Positions 34,506 to 47,150 of a DNA stretch of 64,000 nucleotides are shown piece by piece (the stretch's first letter is position 1; each line of letters opens with the position of its first letter). The DNA is from Eledone cirrhosa (lineage: Eukaryota). The notes under the pieces were generated by a model that saw only the letters and a list, made by a program, of their open reading frames with translations, was not told the DNA's origin and searched no databases. The stretch is taken from the NCBI GenBank assembly GCA_964016885.1, contig OZ024749.1:54374001-54438000 (forward strand), read 5' to 3'. Both the position numbers and the translations under genes were made by a program.

Positions 34506-34622
34506 ACAAAGGAATTGTGGTAAGGAACCAAATGGACCGTAACGCACCAGAGTACTCAATACTTGGTCCTGAAATAGCCGTCGAAACGGCTTGACCTCTG
34601 CCGTCGGGGTCATACTTTTTCA
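34503..34622 (+). mobile_element. Unclassified short (about 120 bp) TA-flanked element with a gccgt-cgaa-acggc hairpin
   Basis: Homologous copies at 59449-59568 (reverse) and 18025-18075 (3' half). Confidence 0.65.
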
Positions 34623-34639
34623 TATATATATATATATAT

Positions 34640-34812
34640 TGGGAGCCCCTACATGGACACACTAGAAGAAGAAGACCAAGGTTAACGTATGTTGATGCCC
34701 TAAGGACAGACACTGGTCTATTGGAGACGCAGGACATGGCAGCGATAATGAGGGACAGAGACCGCTGGAGAGAACTCGTCCATGGATCTCGGGAATTTTA
34801 CCCGCCTTAGAT

Positions 34813-34815
<3 letters not shown>
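34640..34815 (+). mobile_element. Short 3' fragment of the same RTE family as 60474-61407
   Basis: Encodes WEPLHGHTRRRRPRLTYVDALRTDTGLLETQDMAAIMRDRDRWRELVHGSREFYPP*, then tagataga and (TA)n. Confidence 0.9.
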
Positions 34816-34858
<43 letters not shown>

Positions 34859-35087
34859 TGGCGGACTGCGTCTAAAAATATTGGTTGCCAGTAGATGAAG
34901 GGGGCCCACCTACATATAGAATGCTATCATTTAATTTCTATAATGAATAAATAACATTTTCAAAAATTACGTAAGTGGAAACAAAACAGTGCAAAGAAAT
35001 TTTGCGGAAAAATATCTTACTTTCTCCAATAAAAAAATATGTATTTTGCGAAATCCGGAGACTTTCAATAATGACATTTGATCTTTC

Positions 35088-35130
<43 letters not shown>

Positions 35131-35392
35131 AAAGTTATATTTAAATTGTTGGGTTAACAACGAGTAAATATTTATAACTGATATAAAAGCACTCAACAAG
35201 TATTTGGAGTATATTTATGATATATATATAATTTGTTTGTTAAAATAATCAAATTAAATTAATTCAACAGTTAAACACACATAGGAATAATAAGGTTGTT
35301 ACCAAAGAGCCAGAAGATTGTCAAGTCGACTCTAAATATGACTAATAGCTCTAGGAAAGTCATGAACAACACCACATCTTTTTAACTTTGAT

Positions 35393-35675
35393 TTTGAAAT
35401 TAGGTTTATAATTATTAATTTTCATTATACTTTTGTAGCTGTCTCGGCGGCCTAGTTGGAGGAATCATAGACGGTGGTGATCCTGGTCCCCGGTAAACCT
35501 TTTTCATTTTTTTTTCTATTGGATGTAAAATAAAAACTGAAATAGATTACATGTACCTCTTGACCAGGATTGAACCCAAGAACAGAAACTCCACCGCCTC
35601 TAGTACCTACCACTAGTCCACTGAGACTGCTACGAAAAACTTACGAAAATTCATACTTATAAACCTACTTTCAAA
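35393..35675. mobile_element. Imperfect foldback element with tRNA-like arms
   Basis: Outer arms tttgaaattaggtttataa / ttataaacctactttcaaa. Inner arms gtagctgtctcggcggcctagt / actagtccactgagactgctac. The minus arm has an A-box-like tggactagtgg and a B-box-like ggttcaatcc. Confidence 0.55.
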
Positions 35676-35902
35676 GTTTTCAATACAAAATGATGGGGTT
35701 TCATTCATGTCTTTCTTAATGTTATTGCTTCTACTTAAGGTGCATATATGACAAAGACAATGAGAAAAACAATGGAAAGTCCCATCTGGAAATCACTACA
35801 CACACACACTCATACTGTGTGTGTGTATATAGTTCAAGGAAACGACAAGGTACCAAAGATCTTATTAGTTTCATGCTTTACATGGAAAAAGAGAAAGAAA
35901 TT

Positions 35903-35938
35903 TCGACGTGTCGGGCTTTAGCCCTTCTTCAGGAGTAC
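35903..35938 (-). mobile_element. Penelope-like element remnant with a mutated minimal hammerhead
   Basis: Minus strand: cCTGAAGA-a-gggc-taaa-gccc-GACA-cgtcga (GAAA core changed to GACA). Confidence 0.5.
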
Positions 35939-36017
35939 AAAAATAAAGACAGGATCACAAAGGATAGATACAGAAAATAAAAAGTAGTTCAAGTAAAAGA
36001 AAACCTAAATAATGAGT

Positions 36018-36054
<37 letters not shown>

Positions 36055-37421
36055 CTATTTAATAAAAGCTGCTTCTTCTAAATATCCCTCAAATTATATC
36101 CCACCATAAATTTATATACGAACCTTTGTTAAATTATGCTCCAAACCACCGGCCTAATAGTAACGACACTTATACAATTTAAGTCCCTTCAAATTCTTGG
36201 TTATTTCTTTTGTGAGAAATATGGTGTTAAGGGGGTTAAATTATAACAAACACAAACAAACAGCGAAACACAAAAATACAAACGTAATAAAAATAAAAAT
36301 CGTTTGGGCGTCGTTAAAATCTTAAAAACAACATTATGTATTTCTCTGGTTTCCATTGGTCGTTGGAGAACAGGAATGGTATTACAGTTTAACTTATATA
36401 ATGATTTATACACTCTGTTGTAATCCCTCTAAGACACTGTATTAGGGAGATTACAATATAATATATATTGTCTCACACAAACACAGACAGAGAGACAAAG
36501 ACAGATTCACACACACACAAACATACAGAGACAAAGATACACACAAACACACACACACACAAACACACTATCCCGAAAGGTCTTAAGACTTTTCGAGATA
36601 GTGTTTCCAAATGTGTTTCGTGAAATCAAAACAAAACAAAAAATCAAACAAAATTAAAAATAAACAAACAAAACAAAAAGACAATCATTATTATCTTATG
36701 AGGCGGAAAATACGGTAATTAAATTGAAAAGAAAAAAAATAATCAATACAATGTAATGCTTATCGTTCGCTACTTATCGTCTGCTAGTAAAGACGAAATA
36801 CATTTGACGTTGAAAAACTATTTCTTTCTATACAGAACTGTAATCATTTTTAAAGCCACCAGTCCCGTAAACACACCAATACATCCATCTACTTCCAGTA
36901 AACAAATCTTGCAGAAGAAGTAGAATATCTTGGCGTTTATTTATTATTTTATACCCATTATTTTGTTTTTCTTCAATTTTCAATGAAAAAAAAAGAAACC
37001 ACCTATTTGGTATTACAGTTTAATGTCTATTAGATCGGTCGCTTGTATTTTTCTACATTATCTTTATATGATATCTAATGTTTTTTTCCTTCCATTTATT
37101 TTCGTATTATTTCTCTCGTTTATTGCTAATCGGCGTCTAAGCTGAAGACTATCCTTTGCGGCAGGAAAGTCGTTTTGATCGGATTCGAGTCGACGACCAT
37201 TATATATATATATATATTTATATATCCCTCAGTGGAATCAAACGCACACTCATGGTTTCAAAAGTCTAAAACACTAGATCCCCACCCCCTCATATATATA
37301 TAAATATATATTAAAGTGGTTAAGACATGCGAATATTGAGCATGACACTGTGTGACAGAGCTGGTGTAAATGAAATGGTTACAGTCATTTCAGATTAGTG
37401 TTTGTCAACGTTCTATATGTA

Positions 37422-37614
37422 CAGGGTGAGTCATACGTAACCGGAAGTCCATCATTTATATTCCAAATGATATTTACTAAAATTCTGGTCATACACATGA
37501 AACAAAAGTAGTTTAAAGGAATATAACCACGTAAATATGTGGATGTTCAATAGGTTATCTGTAAACCTTGCTATAAATATACATTGACTGCTCGGTTACT
37601 TATGACTCACCCTG
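37422..37614. mobile_element. Tc1/mariner-type MITE
   Basis: TA-flanked TIRs cagggtgagtcatacgtaaccg / cggttacttatgactcaccctg. Confidence 0.85.
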
Positions 37615-37980
37615 TATTGTCAGTCCTGGGAATTCAGTCTTAATGGCAAAATAGAAACAAACAAAAAAGTCACACAAGAAACTTCTTTATGTTAATGTCA
37701 CCGCCATATTTAATGTAAAAACAAAACACAGAATTAAGATATATACTAAAGATACTGGTTGACCAATTTCTTGGAATATAAAGAGATGGAATTCCAAATG
37801 GAACAAAGCTCTGCATTTGAGAAACTCAAAGAAATCTTCGAGTTTCTCGTCATAGGAAAACAGAAGCAATAAATGGGGATATTTTCTACATTCATTAACT
37901 TATAACTATTTTAAACAACAACAACGGCGGCGGCGGCAGCAGCGACGACGACAATAATAATAATAACAAGAACAATGACA

Positions 37981-38171
37981 ATAATTGTTTCTACTTTTGG
38001 CACAAGGCCAGCAATTACCCAGAGCATTACTGGTACTTTATTTTATCGACCCCGTAAGGATGAAAGGCAAAGTCAACCTCGGCGGGATTTGAACTCAGAT
38101 CGTAAAGGGCCGTAACTCTATGCTGCAAAGCATGGCGTCCGACCATCTACCGATACTGCCAATCCACCGCT
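37981..38171 (-). mobile_element. Full-length SINE family A copy
   Basis: Reverse complement: gcggtggattggcagtatcgg (A box) ... gagttcaaatcc (B box) ... gcctttcatccttacggggtcgataaa core ... ccaaaagtagaaacaattat tail. Confidence 0.85.
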
Positions 38172-38310
38172 ATAACAATAATAATAATGATAATAATAAT
38201 GGTGGTGGTGATGATGATGATAATAAAAATAATGGTTTCTTTTATTTTCCCCAGTATGAAAATATTGCTGTTTAGATACGAGTCTAACTTCATTATGTTA
38301 ATTTTACGAA

Positions 38311-38371
38311 CTAAAATAAAGTACCAGTAATGCACTGGGTCATTGCTGGCCTTGTGCCAAAAGTAGAAACA
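38311..38371 (+). mobile_element. 5'-truncated SINE family A copy with a 19-bp target-site duplication
   Basis: attatgttaattttacgaa occurs at 38292-38310 and at 38372-38390. Confidence 0.85.
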
Positions 38372-38738
38372 ATTATGTTAATTTTACGAAGTGTTCGTAA
38401 ATGTCTTCTAGTAAAATTCATTAAAGTTCATATAATGGAAGAAGGCGTCATTGTTGAAGACAATAAATTCTATCAAATTCTAAACTTTTGAAACATTTTA
38501 CATATTTAACTCTTTTACCTGTGCCAATGTACACGGTTTAGAGATTTCATTGTTGTTGTTTTGTGTTGTTGGTGTATTGTTTGTCTTGCATTTGTTAGAA
38601 ACCGGTTTTGAGAGAAGAAACCGGTTTACAAACCATTAAGCAAATTATTAAAAAAAGTCTTTTGTCAAAACTCAGCAAAAAGAAACTTTCAAAGAATCAT
38701 CCACTGAACTTGATAAACGCACACACGCACACACACAA

Positions 38739-38770
<32 letters not shown>

Positions 38771-38791
38771 TTGTGTGTTTGTGTTTGTGTA

Positions 38792-38869
38792 CAGGATGTC
38801 CAAAAAAATGTATGCACACATCAACAGCATTCTAATCAAAGTGTGTATACATTTTGGGAGGACACCCTG
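38792..38869. mobile_element. Short Tc1/mariner-type MITE
   Basis: TA-flanked caggatgtccaaaaaaatgtat...atacattttgggaggacaccctg. Confidence 0.7.
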
Positions 38870-39832
38870 TATACATGCAGTGTGGGTGTGTGTGTGTGTT
38901 AGAAACAATGATAAACTAGAAGTGACAAGCAATCGATTCTTGTTCATAGGGGGTGGAGGGGTGATGGAGGGAGGGAGAGACGGGGGAGATGGTGGGAAAG
39001 GGGGGAGATGGGGGAGAGAGGGGGAGGGAGAGAGGGGGGAGAGGGGGAGCGGGGGAGGGAGAGCGGGGGAGGGGGTAAGAGGGAGGGGGAGCTTGTGGTA
39101 CACCCTCAGGGGAGGTGATACGACATTATATAATCGAGATTAGAGTGAGTTACATACGAGACAAATGTGGCTGCTATTTCTAACAGCATCAGTGACCTTG
39201 TAGACGCTCACCTAGAAAGATCATTGAATCATAATTTGTTTATAGTTAAATGTTGACTGGAAGTTTCAATGAAGGTGTCATGTCTGTCTGGCTGGCTGCC
39301 TGTCTGTCTGTCTAGCTGTCTGTCTGTCTGCCTGTAGCCCGTGGTCACAATTAACACCATGTACAATATAGTACATCATCAGACAGACAGACAGACAGAC
39401 AGGCAGGTAGACAGACAGACAGGCAGGTAGACAGACAGACAGACAGACAGATAGACAGACAGATAGACAGGTAGATAGATAGATAGGTAGGTAGGTAGGT
39501 ATATATGATGAATATGAAACATGTCAACGGTGGCTTCTCAAACGTCACGTAGATCACTGTATTATGTCACAGAACAGGTTCTCCTACAATAAGCTTTCAT
39601 CTCTGCTTGATTTGATCCAGTATGATAGAATTGGACCCACCACTTACGACAGACAGACAGACGTGGGTGTACATGGATGGGTGTGTGCATTTGCAAGGAT
39701 GAAAAGAGAAAGTGAACAAGTGATAGAGAGAGAGAGAGAAGGGGAGAATACGAAGGAGTGGGGGGAGAGAGAGGGAAATGAAAGTGTTTCAAATGTGTTA
39801 GCAGGTGTTTGTCTTGGTATTTAGCTACATAA

Positions 39833-40242
39833 GGGCAATGGATTGGCAATAATCGGCGTCGGACATCATGATTTATAGCATAGGGTTACCTCCCTTTATG
39901 TTTTGAGTTCAAATCCAGCCGAGGCTAGCTCTAGCTTTCATCCTTACGGGGTCGATAAATAAAGTACCAGTCATGCATTGGGGTCAATTTAATTGACTTT
40001 CTCATCCCTCCAAAATTGTTGGCCTTGAGCCTAAATTAGAAACCATTATTTAGCCGTGGATTGGCAGTATCGGTAGAGGGTCGGACGCCATGCTTTCCAG
40101 CATAGTTACGTCCCTTTACGATCTGAGTTCAAATCCCGCCGAGGTTGACTTTGCCTTTCATCCTTACGGGGTCGATAAAATAAAAGTACCAGTAATGCAC
40201 TGGATAATTGCTGACCTTGTGCCTAAAGTAGAAACAATTATT
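39833..40242 (+). mobile_element. Two head-to-tail SINE family A copies (about 39833-40050 and 40053-40242)
   Basis: Each has a ggattggca A-box region, a gagttcaaatcc B box, the core and an agaaac(c/a)attatt tail. Confidence 0.85.
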
Positions 40243-40577
40243 TAGCCATACATCTACCCTGACTGAGATGACCTATGGTCAAGGCGTTCCTAGACTAGGC
40301 CGTCTTTCTTTTGTAGTACATTATCTTCTGCCTTTGTTAAGCAGTTGGGTTTGATTTGAAGAATACTTTAGCTGCTATGTCTAGTAAGTCGGGCGGGCGA
40401 CCACCATATAGAGGTCACACTTATATTACATGTATGTGTGTGAATTAAAATACGTAATACGTGTGTGTGTGTGACTGTTTCTTTTCGACAATCGCTTTTC
40501 TCTCTCTCACATTCATCACCTTACAAACATATTTAAGACTTCTTAGATTACATCTCACACACACACACACACACACA

Positions 40578-40614
<37 letters not shown>

Positions 40615-40865
40615 AGAACCCCACCCACCCTACTACGTCATCCCTCCACTCCAATGCCCTTCTATCTCTCCCTGCCCTCTTATTCCCCTCTCTATCTGTT
40701 ACTATCGCTTCCCACCTATTCCTCACCTCTCATACTTTCATTCGTACACACACACATATATATTATACACACACACACACATATATATTATACACACACA
40801 CATATATATTATACACACACACATATATACATACATATATATATACACACACATATATATGTTAT

Positions 40866-40909
<44 letters not shown>

Positions 40910-41648
40910 TATACATACACACACACACATATATATATATTATACATACACACACACACATATATATTATACACACACACACGCAATTCAAATACAGGTA
41001 TGTACAACATTCCCACAGACATTAAATATGACATATGTAACACACACATAACCCAGTTGTCTACACTCACACATACATAATTCAAATACACACCCACACA
41101 TTTACACACAAGTAATCCAATTATCCACACACACACATACACACACACACGTACCCCAATTGCCCCCCCCCCCCTACACACAAACGTAATCCAGTTGTCC
41201 ACATACAACACAGGGGGGAAAAAAATCAATATAAACACACACACCCACACACACTCACAGACACACAGCGTCACACACTCACACACAGTCACACAGAGTC
41301 ACACACACTCACACACACAATCTCACACACACACACACACACAACAAAGTTTTGTGTCTGTTTCAACAGAAATATTAAAAAATATAAGAAAAGAAAAAAA
41401 GAAAAAAGAGGAAGAAAACTAAGGAAAACTAGAAAAAAGTGAAATGTAAGCCGTGAGTGGGGAATGGCACCTGAGATGACAGGTGAGACCAGGTGAGAGA
41501 GAGAGAGAGAGAGAGAATATAGTAATCCAGGTGAGGGAGAGAGTAGAGTCGTATAGTCCAGGTGAGAGAGAGAGAATATAGTAGTCCAAGTGAGAGAGAG
41601 AGAATATAGTAGTCCAGGTGAGAGAGAGAGATAGACAGAGAATATAGT

Positions 41649-44580
41649 AGTGTGGTCCAGGTGAGACTGGGGGAATAGTGTGGTCCAGGTGAGACTGGGG
41701 GAATATAATAGTGTGGTCCAGGTGAGACTGCGGGGATATAATAGTGTGGTCCAGGTGAGACTGGGGGAATAGTGTGGTCCAGGTGAGACTGCGGGAATAT
41801 AATAGTGTGGTCCAGGTGAGACTGGGGGAATAGTGTGGTCCAGGTGAGACTGGGGAAATATAATAGTGTGGTCCAGGTGAGACCGGGGGAATAGTGTGGT
41901 CCAGGTGAGACTGGGGGAATAGTGTGGTCCAGGTGAGACTGGGGGAATATAATAGTGTGGTCCAGGTGAGACCGGGGGAATAGTGTGGTCCAGGTGAGAC
42001 TGGGGGAATATAATAGTGTGGTCCAGGTGAGACCGGGGGAATAGTGTGGTCCAGGTGAGACTGGGGGAATATAATAGTGTGGTCCAGGTGAGACCGGGGG
42101 AATAGTGTGGTCCAGGTGTGACCGGGGGAATAGTGTGGTCCAGGTGAGACTGGGGGAATATAATAGTGTGGTCCAGGTGAGACCGGGGGAATAGTGTGGT
42201 CCAGGTGAGACTGGGGTAATAGTGTGGTCCAGGTGAGACCGGGGGAATAGTGTGGTCCAGGTGAGACTGGGGGAATATAATAGTGTGGTCCAGGTGAGAC
42301 CGGGGGAATAGTGTGGTCCAGGTGAGAGCGGGGGAATAGTGTGGTCCAGGTGAGACTGGGGGAATATAATAGTGTGGTCCAGGTGAGACCGGGGGAATAG
42401 TGTGGTCCAGGTGAGACTGGGGGAATAGTGTGGTCCAGGTGAGACTGCGGGAATATAATAGTGTGGTCCAGGTGAGACTGCGGGAATATAATAGTGTGGT
42501 CCAGGTGAGACCGGGGGAATAGTGTGGTCCAGGTGAGACTGGGGGAATAGTGTGGTCCAGGTGAGACTGGGGGAATAGTGTGGTCCAGGTGAGACCGGGG
42601 GAATAGTGTGGTCCAGGTGAGACTGCGGGAATATAATAGTGTGGTCCAGGTGAGACTGGGGGAATAGTGTGGTCCAGGTGAGACTGCGGGAATAGTGTGG
42701 TCCAGGTGAGACTGGGGGAATATAATAGTGTGGTCCAGGTGAGACCGGGGGAATAGTGTGGTCCAGGTGAGACTGCGGGAATAGTGTGGTCCAGGTGAGA
42801 CTGGGGGAATATAATAGTGTGGTCCAGGTGAGACCGGGGGAATAGTGTGGTCCAGGTGAGACTGGGGGAATAGTGTGGTCCAGGTGATACTGGGGGAATA
42901 TAATAGTGTGGTCCAGGTGAGACCGGGGGAATAGTGTGGTCCAGGTGAGACTGGGGGAATATAATAGTGTGGTCCAGGTGAGACCGGGGGAATAGTGTGG
43001 TCCAGGTGAGACTGGGGGAATATAATAGTGTGGTCCAGGTGAGACCGGGGGAATAGTGTGGTCCAGGTGAGACTGGGGTAATAGTGTGGTCCAGGTGAGA
43101 CCGGGGGAATAGTGTGGTCCAGGTGAGACTGGGGGAATATAATAGTGTGGTCCAGGTGAGACCGGGGGAATAGTGTGGTCCAGGTGAGACCGGGGGAATA
43201 GTGTGGTCCAGGTGAGACTGGGGGAATATAATAGTGTGGTCCAGGTGAGACCGGGGGAATAGTGTGGTCCAGGTGAGACCGGGGGAATAGTGTGGTCCAG
43301 GTGAGACTGGGGGAATATAATAGTGTGGTCCAGGTGAGACCGGGTGAATAGTGTGGTCCAGGTGAGACTGGGGGAATAGTGTGGTCCAGGTGAGACTGCG
43401 GGAATATAATAGTGTGGTCCAGGTGAGACTGCGGGAATATAATAGTGTGGTCCAGGTGAGACCGGGGGAATAGTGTGGTCCAGGTGAGACTGGGGGAATA
43501 GTGTGGTCCAGGTGAGACCGGGGGAATAGTGTGGTCCAGGTGAGACTGCGGGAATATAATAGTGTGGTCCAGGTGAGACTGGGGGAATAGTGTGGTCCAG
43601 GTGAGACTGCGGGAATATAATAGTGTGGTCCAGGTGAGACTGGGGGAATAGTGTGGTCCAGGTGAGACTGGGGGAATATAATAGTGTGGTCCAGGTGAGA
43701 CCGGGGGAATATAATAGTGTGGTTCAGGTGAGACCGGGGGAATAGTGTGGTCCAGGTGAGACTGCGGGAATATAATAGTGTGGTCCAGGTGAGACTGGGG
43801 GAATAGTGTGGTCCAGGTGAGACTGGGGGAATATAATAGTGTGGTCCAGGTGAGACTGGGGGAATAGTGTGGTCCAGGTGAGACTGGGGGAATATAATAG
43901 TGTGGTCCAGGTGAGACTGGGGGAATAGTGTGGTCCAGGTGAGACTGGGGGAATAGTGTGGTCCAGGTGAGACTGCGGGAATATAATAGTGTGGTCCAGG
44001 TGAGACTGCGGGAATATAATAGTGTGGTCCAGGTGAGACCGGGGGAATAGTGTGGTCCAGGTGAGACCGGGGGAATAGTGTGGTCCAGGTGAGACCGGGG
44101 GAATAGTGTGGTCCAGGTGAGACTGCGGGAATATAATAGTGTGGTCCAGGTGAGACTGGGGGAATAGTGTGGTCCAGGTGAGACTGCGGGAATATAATAG
44201 TGTGGTCCAGGTGAGACTGGGGGAATAGTGTGGTCCAGGTGAGACTGGGGGAATATAATAGTGTGGTCCAGGTGAGACCGGGGGAATATAATAGTGTGGT
44301 CCAGGTGAGACCGGGGGAATAGTGTGGTCCAGGTGAGACTGCGGGAATATAATAGTGTGGTCCAGGTGAGACTGGGGGAATATAATAGTGTGGTCCAGGT
44401 GAGACTGGGGGAATAGTGTGGTCCAGGTGAGACTGGGGGAATATAATAGTGTGGTCCAGGTGAGACTGGGGGAATAGTGTGGTCCAGGTGAGACTGGGGG
44501 AATAGTGTGGTCCAGGTGAGACTGGGGGAATAGTGTGGTCCAGGTGAGACTGCGGGAATATAATAGTGTGGTCCAGGTGA
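41649..44580. repeat. 28/33-bp minisatellite, roughly 95 units
   Basis: Unit agtgtggtccaggtgagac(t/c)g(g/c)gggaat with optional ataat. Degenerate (GA)n-containing monomers flank it at 41480-41648 and 44580-45020. Confidence 0.97.
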
Positions 44581-45272
44581 GAGAGAGAGAGAGACTGAGA
44601 GAATATAGTGGTATGGCCCAGGTGTGAGAGAGAGAATATAATAGTATGGTCCAGGTGAGAGAGGGCAGATTATATATGAACAGGTGAGAGAGAAAGAGAA
44701 ATGTGGGGCGGAGGAGATGATACCTGAAGCGCCAGGTTGATGAAAACAGAGAAGGGTGGGAGACGGACAGACAGACAGATGGATTAGAAGACAAAGTGTC
44801 AGAGAAAGAAAGAAAATATTAAGACGTGATATAGAAAACAAACTTATGAAACAGTCACTGTTAAGACAACCTGGTGAGGAAAGTCTGTTAGTGTTTAAAA
44901 GTATCGACACAGGTATATATACACACACGTGTGTGTGTGTGTATGTGTATATATATATAGTAGTCCAGGTGAGAGAGAGAGACTGAGAGAATATAGTAGT
45001 GTGGTCCAGGTGAGAGAGAATATATATATATATATACACACACACATTCACACACATATACACACATGTACATATGTATATACAGGTGAACACAAACACA
45101 GGTAGAGAAAAATATTTGTACATAATCTACATACTGGGCGATAATTTACGAAATGAAACCACACCAAACCAACCCAAACTACACCAAACTACACCAAACT
45201 ACAAAAGCGAATAATTTAAAAGTTTAGTGATAACGAAAAGAAAATATAACACTTTAAAAAAGAGAATGACAA

Positions 45273-45330
<58 letters not shown>

Positions 45331-45448
45331 TAAAATAACAGATTTAAGCAAAGAATCGCTGAGCCCTCTTTGGATTTTAGTCTTCAAATTTATTATTATT
45401 ATTACTATGGGTAATTGATGTCCTTGTGCCTAACGTAGAAACAATTAT

Positions 45449-45500
<52 letters not shown>

Positions 45501-45747
45501 ATAGCGTCAACAGCAACAATAACAAGTAACAAGACAACAACAACAACAACGCCAAGCAACGATAACGGAATACGACCTTAAAATTAAAAATAATAATACA
45601 ACTTGTGAGAATATATATTCCTGAATGAAATCGGGGGTAACCACAGTAAATAAGAGTACTCAATACATATCCATATATGTAAAAAATATCCGTAGGTGTG
45701 TAAAAGAAAAACAGTCCTCAGTCGGGAAGAGAGCAGATATATTATAT

Positions 45748-46109
45748 TATATAAATCAAGTTTACTTGATTCAGTCGCTCTGGGAAAAAAACAACCACCG
45801 AAAAGGTATTTATATCTACTAGTAAAGTACTGTAATAAAAGGACGCCGTCAGCAACAACAAAAGCACGTTACCAAAAACAAATAACAGCAACAAGAACAA
45901 CAAAATCACATTCCGTGACTGATTGAAAACTGTTGATGTGAAAAAAAAACATATATATATATAAAGTAGTATGTACAGGCGAAAAACTTGTGAAACTAAA
46001 AAGTTTTAGTAAACAGCTAAACAACCTCCTTGCGGATCCAGGATTGTTAAACCAAGGGGAGATAATAAAAAGGGGGAGAGAGCATTTATGGTGAGAGCAA
46101 AAGGTGAGT
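45748..46109 (+). promoter_or_regulatory. Candidate core promoter and non-coding first exon of the filamin-like gene
   Basis: TATATAAA at 45748, Inr-like TCAGTC at 45771 and AAG|GTGAGT donor at 46103/46104. Candidate acceptors end at 46629 and 46805. Motif-only evidence. Confidence 0.3.
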
Positions 46110-46761
46110 TTTGTCTCTGACTGTGTCATCTTTCTCTCTCTCGTTTTGTTCGGTCTGTTTCTGTTAGTCTCTCTCCCTCACACACACACTATCTCTCTCC
46201 TTCACACACACACAGTCTCTCTAGCTTCTTTCGGTCTGTCTCTCTTTCCATCTCACTCAGAAGGAGTAGAGTTAAGTTGGCTCTGCCAAAGGTCTGATTC
46301 GAACCTTGATAAATTAATTCAGACTCTTTTGTCAATAAGTGTATATAGAGAGAATCCGTGTGTTTCACTTAAATCGTTACCGAATTAAAAATAAAATCAA
46401 AATCAGATAAAAGAAAGAAAGAAAAACGTTATAAAAGTCATAACATCCCGTTTTCTCTTCCGCCAAATGTTAACATCTGCTACCTTCGTCGTCAATATCT
46501 AACATTATATATATACACACACACACGTACGTAGATATATAAGAGGAAAAGAGAACTCTACTTTCGTAATGTAACCCTCCCACTTCCACTCGTACTCAGA
46601 TTCAACCTCATACTCTCACTCCCCTTCAGGCTCTCAAATCAGCTGAGTCTGCACACTCGATACTGGTTTTGTGATTCTTGTTTGACTGGGTGCTCCACCT
46701 ATCTCTTCATATACGAGGTTGGTGTTCTCGGGAGTTGGCATCAGCATTACGACATACTATT

Positions 46762-46802
<41 letters not shown>

Positions 46803-47150
46803 CAGTGCCTTTAACATTTGAAAGGTTCTAAAAGAGATACAAAACACACACAAGACGGTTCTCACTGCAAATATTTACATCGTTTTTATATCATTTCTTC
46901 AACTGCTTATTTCTAGTTCAACATATTATTATTCATCCACATAGCTTTTTCATCTGTCTAAGATCGATAAAATAAATACGAGAGAAATACTAATATATCG
47001 ATACAGTGACTATTTCTTTCCGACGACAGAATTTCTAGACTTGTGCCTATATAAGAAATTACTATTTAAAATTTAAAAAAAAAGAAAATTTTAATTCCAC
47101 AACACTAACAGCAACAATAATAATAAAAACGTCGATAAAAATCTAAGAAA

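Noticed and set aside
37135-37200. CTGAAGA plus hairpin as another hammerhead
   Set aside because: No GAAA after the stem and no closing stem I or III.
41419-45123. 1234-aa proline-rich ORF, or a CRISPR-like array
   Set aside because: The ORF is the 28/33-bp minisatellite cycling through frames. There are no unique spacers or cas genes and the context is eukaryotic.
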